Shown: positions 57,149 to 64,000 of the stretch, one piece after another
Layout of the letters: each line of letters opens with the position of its first letter
Position numbering within the stretch: position 1 is the stretch's first letter
Source: Octopus vulgaris
Lineage: Eukaryota
NCBI GenBank assembly: GCA_951406725.2
Contig: OX597822.1
Coordinates: 44,702,001-44,766,000 of the forward strand
DNA length: 64,000 bases
Direction of reading: 5' to 3'
The notes under the pieces: generated by a model
The model's database searches: none
What the model was told of the DNA's origin: nothing
Seen by the model: the letters and a program-made list of their open reading frames with translations, nothing else
Translations under genes and position numbers: made by a program

Positions 57149-58723
57149 TTTACTTGGATAAAGTATTAAAATATTCTCAACGCTTTTATATGATTTTGTT
57201 TGTTGTTGCCGGAGAAATTTATCTCGAGAATTCTCATAAAAATTCTTTGTTATCTTTTCCTATTACTTGTTCAATTAATTGCTTCAACCGTTCAATTTTT
57301 TGTTTTTTTGTTTTTTGTCTTCCTCTTCCTCTTAGGCTTCATGTTATTCTATAGACTTATCTTTTTTGTTATTATTTAGAATTGACGCTTTTGCTTACAC
57401 AATTTATTAGATTTCCTAAATTCCTGTTCGTCAATTTACCAGTTGATATTCATTTGATTTCGGCCGCATACTTTTTGACAGGTGGATACGACAGGCCGTA
57501 AAACAAAAGCCAAAATCCGTCAAAAAACAAAAGAATAGAAAATGAAAAACAAACAAAAACAACAAAACATTTAAACTTTTATTGCTGCAGTTCTCATTTA
57601 TGGTTGTAGTGTTAATAAAATACAACGAAATTTATTTCGCCAAAATGCAGAATTCTGGTATTAAGAGATGAATGACTTTGAATCTAAATTTAATGTAGAA
57701 ACGTGTAGCTATTTAATTTTAGAATCCTCCTGTCCTCTCGTTGTGTTCCATCATTATAGAAGAATCAATCTCTGCAAGAAGGCATTACGTTTGTGTTTCA
57801 ACTCTATTACACGGTTTAATGTTGTTTAGCTTATTGCTAATAGCTTCGACTTCGAATGAATTGTCGGCGTATTATTTTTTTAAATGCGTTGTCTAAGAGC
57901 CATGTTTAGAGTGAAGTTTTAATAGCTTTCTTCGACATATTACTCCAGCGTTAATGAAGAAAAACGCCAGTACTTTGGCTAAATTTATCTTTATGTATGC
58001 TCGTAAGCCATAGCTGTTGACCGTGTCAATGATTTTATCTGCCGGTCAGTGACAACCGTATGAAAGGTTTCGATTCCACGTCAGTCCCATTAATTACCAG
58101 CGACCGACATCGACTTATATGTCTGCCAAGGGAAAGGACAATGCCTTTCAAATCACGTGTGCGTGTGTATATGCGAGTGCCCTACATGTGTGTAAGTATG
58201 TATGTCTGTTTCAATCTGGTTAGTGCATGTGCGTATACGTGTGTATATGTCTATGTGTTTGTGTGTGTGTATGTGTGTGTGTGAGTGTCTTATATGTGTA
58301 TGTGTGTCAATGGATTTTGCGACGGTGTGTGCATGTATGTATGTCGTCATGTGTGTGTTTATATTCGTATGTGTGTGCGTGTACTATGTATGTACATATG
58401 TATATGTGGATGCGTGTGTGAATCCGTGTGATCTGTGTGTATTTGTGTGCGTATATGTGTGTCTGCATGCGTATGGGTCTTATGTAACTGTATGTGTCAA
58501 TTCATATAAGTATGTATGTCGGCATGTGTATGTTTATGTACGTGTGTTAGTGAGAGAGAGAGAGAGAGAGAGTGTGTGTGTATGTGTGTGTGCCCCCTAC
58601 ATATGTACGCGTGTGTAACTGTCTCTGTGTGATTTGTGAGAGCGTGTATATGCGTTCGTATGCAAGTGTTTGTGTGTGTATGTGAGCATTTATATACGTG
58701 TATATGACTGCATGTATGTTTAC

Positions 58724-58765
<42 letters not shown>

Positions 58766-59425
58766 AAGTGTCCTGTGTATGTACATATGCGTGGTTGTAT
58801 CAGTTGATTTGTGAGGGCGTGTATATACGTGTAAATGTTCCTGTGTGTGTGTGAATGCCCACGTGTGTGTGTGTGTATGTGACTAACCTATATTTGTCTT
58901 AATGTGTTTTGCGAGGTTTTGTATACTTGTGTGTGTGCATGTTTAAATGAATGTTACCAGTTGTCTTTTGTGTATTGTTTATTACTGTAACTCTATGTGT
59001 GTGTGTGTGTGTTTGTGTGTATGTGTGTGTGTGTGTGTGTATGTGTGTGCGAGTGTGGTATTTGCGCTTCCGTTCAATGTGCGTCTGTTTTGTGTTTCCC
59101 CGAGTAATGTATCTGTTTGAGCGTTATGTGTATATCAGAGTGTCTATGTGAGTGTGTATATGTAGATATGAGTGTATATATGTAGATATGAGTGTATATA
59201 TGAGTGTATATATGTAGATATGAGTATATATCTTAGTGTGCGCGTGTGCGACATCTGATTCCCCATTTATGTGGCGTGTATTGTTCTTATTTATAAATAA
59301 ATAAATATATATATATATATATATGTATATATAAATATATATGCATATATACATACATGTATGCGTGTATCTATAAATATATATGTATGTATATATATAT
59401 GTGTCTATATATATAATATATATGC

Positions 59426-59513
<88 letters not shown>

Positions 59514-59835
59514 GCATATGGCCATTTTGATGCTTGACGTCCAACTTTCAATCGTCGCAGCTACGGCAGTATATCCGAGAAGGAGGATTTCAATCAAAGA
59601 CGTCGAATCGATTTTCTGCAACATGCGTCTCTCATACTTAAGAATAAGCTATTCTCTTTCTTGTATCCATTATCTGGCAGTTTTGCTTACTTATTCATTT
59701 TGTCTAGAGTAATATTTATAGACCTGGTTAATTATAACGCCGCATTCCATTCAGCGTGTCCCTTATGAAATCTTCATATACATGCGTATGAATGTATACA
59801 TATACGTATACACACCTACATATATATTTATGTAT

Positions 59836-59880
<45 letters not shown>

Positions 59881-60180
59881 CAAATATATATACATATAAA
59901 TATATATGTATATTTGTAGACATACAAACATACGTGTATATATGCATATATATATACATACATATGTATGTGTGTATATATATATATATGTGCGTACATC
60001 TATATACATACATACACATATATATATGTATATATGTATTTACCTACATATATATACCTATATACATTCCTACATACATATATATATATATATACATATA
60101 TATATACTTATATATATACATATATATATACATATACATATAAGTATATATATATATATATATATACACCGGAATTCCGG

Positions 60181-60230
<50 letters not shown>

Positions 60231-60530
60231 ATATATACAAACATATATATACATACATACATACACATATATATACATATATATACATATATATACACAT
60301 ACACACATACATATACACATATAATTAAATAAATAATGAATAATAGAATTATTGGTAAAACCATTAGCAGATGCATAGGTATATACCTATAACTTTATTT
60401 ATTTTTATCACGGAATTACCTAAAGCACACGCTGTTCATTCTAAACTTTCCTTCATTTTCCGACAAACTGGAAAGTACTAATAGACTCGATTTCAGGATA
60501 TTCTCGGTTTTAATATTTCCTGATTTCTTT

Positions 60531-60619
60531 GTTTCCGATGACTATATACTTAGCATATGGAATGGTTAGTCAATACCATGATGCATATGACCGGTATTCT
60601 AGAAACAGCTGTAAGAGAC
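60531..60619 (+). ncRNA. Degenerate hammerhead-like motif with long stem II
   Basis: CCGATGA...(CATATG..ATGGT/ACCAT..CATATG)...GAAA-CAGCTG-TA-AGAGAC; palindromic stem III; stem I is poor. Confidence 0.4.
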
Positions 60620-60671
60620 ATTACCTTATTTTTTCTTATCATAATCACTCTGCACTATGTATATGTTCTCT

Positions 60672-60815
60672 ATTCAAATCCACTGACATGGCTTTGGTCG
60701 GTCCGAGGCTATAGTAGAAGACCTTTTCACAAGGTGCCACACAGTAGGACTGAACCCAGAACTATGTGTTTTGGAATTGGGAAGCAAATTTCTTAGCACA
60801 CAGCCACGCCTGCAT
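60672..60815 (-). mobile_element. SINE family A 5' half
   Basis: CAAATCCACT..GCTTTGGTCGGTCCGAGGCTATAGTAGAAGAC..GGACTGAACCC..CACAGCCACGCCTGC. Confidence 0.85.
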
Positions 60816-61475
60816 CTAGTTAGTCTAACATTTCAGCAGCTGCCATTCAAAACATCAATCTTTCTTTTGGATTCAGGATTGCTCAACTTGCTAATCAAAT
60901 ATTTTATATGTTATTACTCCCTGTATATATTTTTTACCTCTGTGTGTACAAGTCTATAAACTATTATCGTTTCTTCCATTATTAAATATATTAGTACTTT
61001 TGAAAAAACATGACGTTCATGCCACCATTTTGACAGCGTTTCATATATCTTACATATACTGTCAACGCTTTTGATGGATTTTGCCGGGATGTTGATGCTA
61101 GAACATTATGTTCTTTTTCTCTAGAGGAAAGTTGTATAAAAGTTATACATTTTAGATTATCAGATGTTGTTCAGATTTGTCTGATCAGATATACCCAACC
61201 ATCAAATTTTTCCAGCCAGCCAACCAGCCACCCAACTACCAACTCTAAGGTTTTTTTGCTTATTTTTCAGACGTGGTTCTTGACTAGGCCAGGCCCGCTG
61301 AGATTATATGAAAGAGTGCAGGTACTTCTTACTTTATTTTTTTAAACCTTTGTAAGAATATCTCTTAATCTGTCAGACATTGTGGGACACTGGATATCCA
61401 ATGAAGTCTTACTGGTGTATATTCGAATTGAAAGTAGGAAAATATATGTTAATCATAATATATAGGCTACCATTG

Positions 61476-61639
61476 GTGCAGGCATGACTGTGGGGCTGAG
61501 AAATTCTCTTTGTAACTGCGCAGTTTCGGGTTCACTCCTGCTGCGCAGCACATTTCGCAAGCGCCTACTAGTACAGTTGAACAAAATTTTTTGAATGGAT
61601 TAAAGAAAATTTATTGTGGGCGCCTGTCGTATATGTATT

Positions 61640-61675
<36 letters not shown>

Positions 61676-61856
61676 TACATACATGTATATACATATATAT
61701 CTATACATATATATGTGTGCGTGTGTGTGTGTACATATTGGCGCAGGAGTAGCTGTGTGGTAAGTAGCTTAATTACCAAACATATGGTTCTGGGTTCAGT
61801 CCCACTGCGTGGCCTCTTGGGAAAGTGCCTTCTACTGCAGCCTCGGACAAACCAAG
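61476..61856 (+). mobile_element. Two SINE family A 5' halves
   Basis: Heads GGTGCAGGCATGACTGTG (61476) and GGCGCAGGAGTAGCTGTGTGG (61740). Confidence 0.8.
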
Positions 61857-62043
61857 GAAGGACTGTTTAAACGGGAAGGACTGTTTAAATAAAGTCGCGT
61901 ATTGTCCGGTACCCATATATGCATGTATATATACATATATATATGTAGGTATGTACATATATGTATATATGCATGCATTGATATATTATTTATACTATTA
62001 TATGATCGAACACCACACATCGTTTTCCAAGTAAGGTTTGTAC

Positions 62044-62108
<65 letters not shown>

Positions 62109-62118
<10 letters not shown>

Positions 62119-62430
62119 TAAATTAGAGACAAAACCACTATTAGGCAAATCAAACAATGAAACCACCTGATGTATGACTGCGACTCAAAAATTTAAAGAC
62201 AGCAGGCAGGAAACGATCGTAGTAGATATTAATTATATTTTTTAATAATTGTTACATATCTAAATAATATAAATTAATCATATGTATTGGCTTAAGTCTT
62301 TCATTGTTTGATTTGTCTAATAGTGGTTTTGTCTCTAATTTAATATAATATAATATTTTACTATAAAATTGGATTCAATCCTAAATCTGATTTTTCCCTG
62401 TAAGTTTGGATTTATACCCTAATATTTATT
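62109..62430 (+). mobile_element. PLE terminal module with 5' inverted duplication and degenerate HHR
   Basis: Arms 62109-62162 and 62299-62352; HHR-like 62163-62225; end motif TTTTTCCCTGTAAGTT shared with 37071; (TA)n on both flanks. Confidence 0.7.
62163..62225 (+). ncRNA. Degenerate minimal hammerhead motif
   Basis: CCAC-CTGATGT-A-TGACTGC...GCAGGCA-G-GAAA-CGATCG-TA-GTAG; palindromic stem III and GUA triplet; substitutions in core and stems. Confidence 0.55.
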
Positions 62431-62465
62431 ATATATATATATATACGCATATATACAGATATATG

Positions 62466-62712
62466 TGGAGGCGCGTTTTTAGGTTTTAGGGTGTCAGCAT
62501 CAAGATCGTAAGATTGTGGTTTCGATTGATGGACCGGGAGACGCGTTGTATTCTTAAGCAAAACACTTCATTTCACGTTGCTCAAGTCCACTCAGTTGGC
62601 AAAAATTAGTAACGTTGCGATGGACTGGCGTCCCGTCCGGTGGGGACCACACACGCCATAGAAACTGGAAAACCGGGTCCTTGAGCCTGGCTAGGCATTA
62701 AAAGGGCGCATT
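62466..62712 (+). mobile_element. tRNA-derived SINE (family C-like head, different tail)
   Basis: GGAGGCGCG...GGTTTCGATT..AGCAAAACACTTCATTTCACGTTGCTC..GCGATGGACTGGCGTCCCGTCC. Confidence 0.7.
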
Positions 62713-62751
62713 TATTATTATTTTATACAGGTATAAATATACATGTATATA

Positions 62752-62837
<86 letters not shown>

Positions 62838-62842
62838 CATAC

Positions 62843-62903
<61 letters not shown>

Positions 62904-62908
62904 TATAC

Positions 62909-62963
<55 letters not shown>

Positions 62964-64000
62964 CATATATTTTTTACATATATATATATATATATATATA
63001 AATATATATATATGTATATATATAATATATGTATATGCATATTTATATATATACGTATGTTTGTGTTCCTCACCGTCACTTCTTGTCTGATTACGTTTTC
63101 GTAACGCAGTGGTTTGTCAAAGGAAACCAACAGAATAAGATATATAAAGCACAAATGAAAAGAAAGATAAGGACAGATGTAGTGATCTCGATTTATTCGA
63201 CTAAACTCTTCGATGTGGTGCATTAGTGACGGCCACTCTCTAATTATTGAAACAAGTGACAAGATGAGCGTAGAGAAACACCTCTCTACTAGCATTGTTA
63301 TATTACATACAGGAGAACGATCAATCGTTTTGACGGATTTTTCACACATATAAAATTTTTATTTAAAAAGATGTCGCAAGTTAAAATATCGCTTCCAGTG
63401 CAACAAATATAGTTCCATGCGTCAGAACAAGCTTGGGGAAAACCCCACCCGTGAGCACAACAGCGCCCGCGAGACCATCTTATTGCGCCCACAGGCTGGT
63501 ATACTTGTATGTCCAAAATATAGAATATTTTTCAATTATAAAATTTATACAATATTCATCTGCATATTTGCGACTTAGTTTGCGTGTCCACTACAACTTT
63601 AAATAGTTAGGCTGGAGCAGAAAATCATCCGATAATTGCCATTTCAATACAAATTTTGTTTTCACTATAAAATACAGATTGTTAGGTTTGTACCACCCCC
63701 TTGAGACCCAACGACACTCCAGCTAAAAAATACAGAATACCTGATAAGCAATATAAACGTCCTAAATTTAGTTATGGGATTAATTAAAATGTTACATGTT
63801 AATTTAATGTGTTAAATTCATCTTTATTAATGTCTATCGAATTATCCATAGATATATACAAGATTTACTCAGATACCAGAGTCAGAAATTGTGATCCGCG
63901 GGCGGACCTTTTTCTCTAGGAATTTTCTCCCGCCGCATTAAAAGGTTTCCCCACCCCTGCGTTAGAGTAACATTCTTTCTTGGTTTTGTTTTATTTGTCT

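Overview
This is AT-rich, microsatellite-saturated eukaryotic non-coding DNA. The SINE repertoire and repeat density point to a coleoid cephalopod, most likely Octopus (inference). No host protein-coding exon can be supported, and almost every ORF in the track is a translation of simple repeats or SINEs. Recognisable content: (i) three tRNA-derived SINE families in many copies, one forming ordered multimers; (ii) decayed autonomous-element fragments: an R4/Dong-type REL-endonuclease LINE inside (TAA)n, a CR1-type 3' end, RTE pieces, a mariner 5' end and two Penelope-like element (PLE) GIY-YIG fragments; (iii) a 520-bp non-autonomous Helitron. The main unannotated signal is about 10-12 minimal type I hammerhead-ribozyme (HHR) motifs from several unrelated sequence families, two of them with intact cores. 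They sit in PLE-type terminal modules, many of which end in (TA)n. Three insertions have 5' fold-back inversions, and one HHR-like module is fused behind a Pol III tRNA-like head. All calls are from reading the sequence by eye; no searches or folding were run, and boundaries are approximate.
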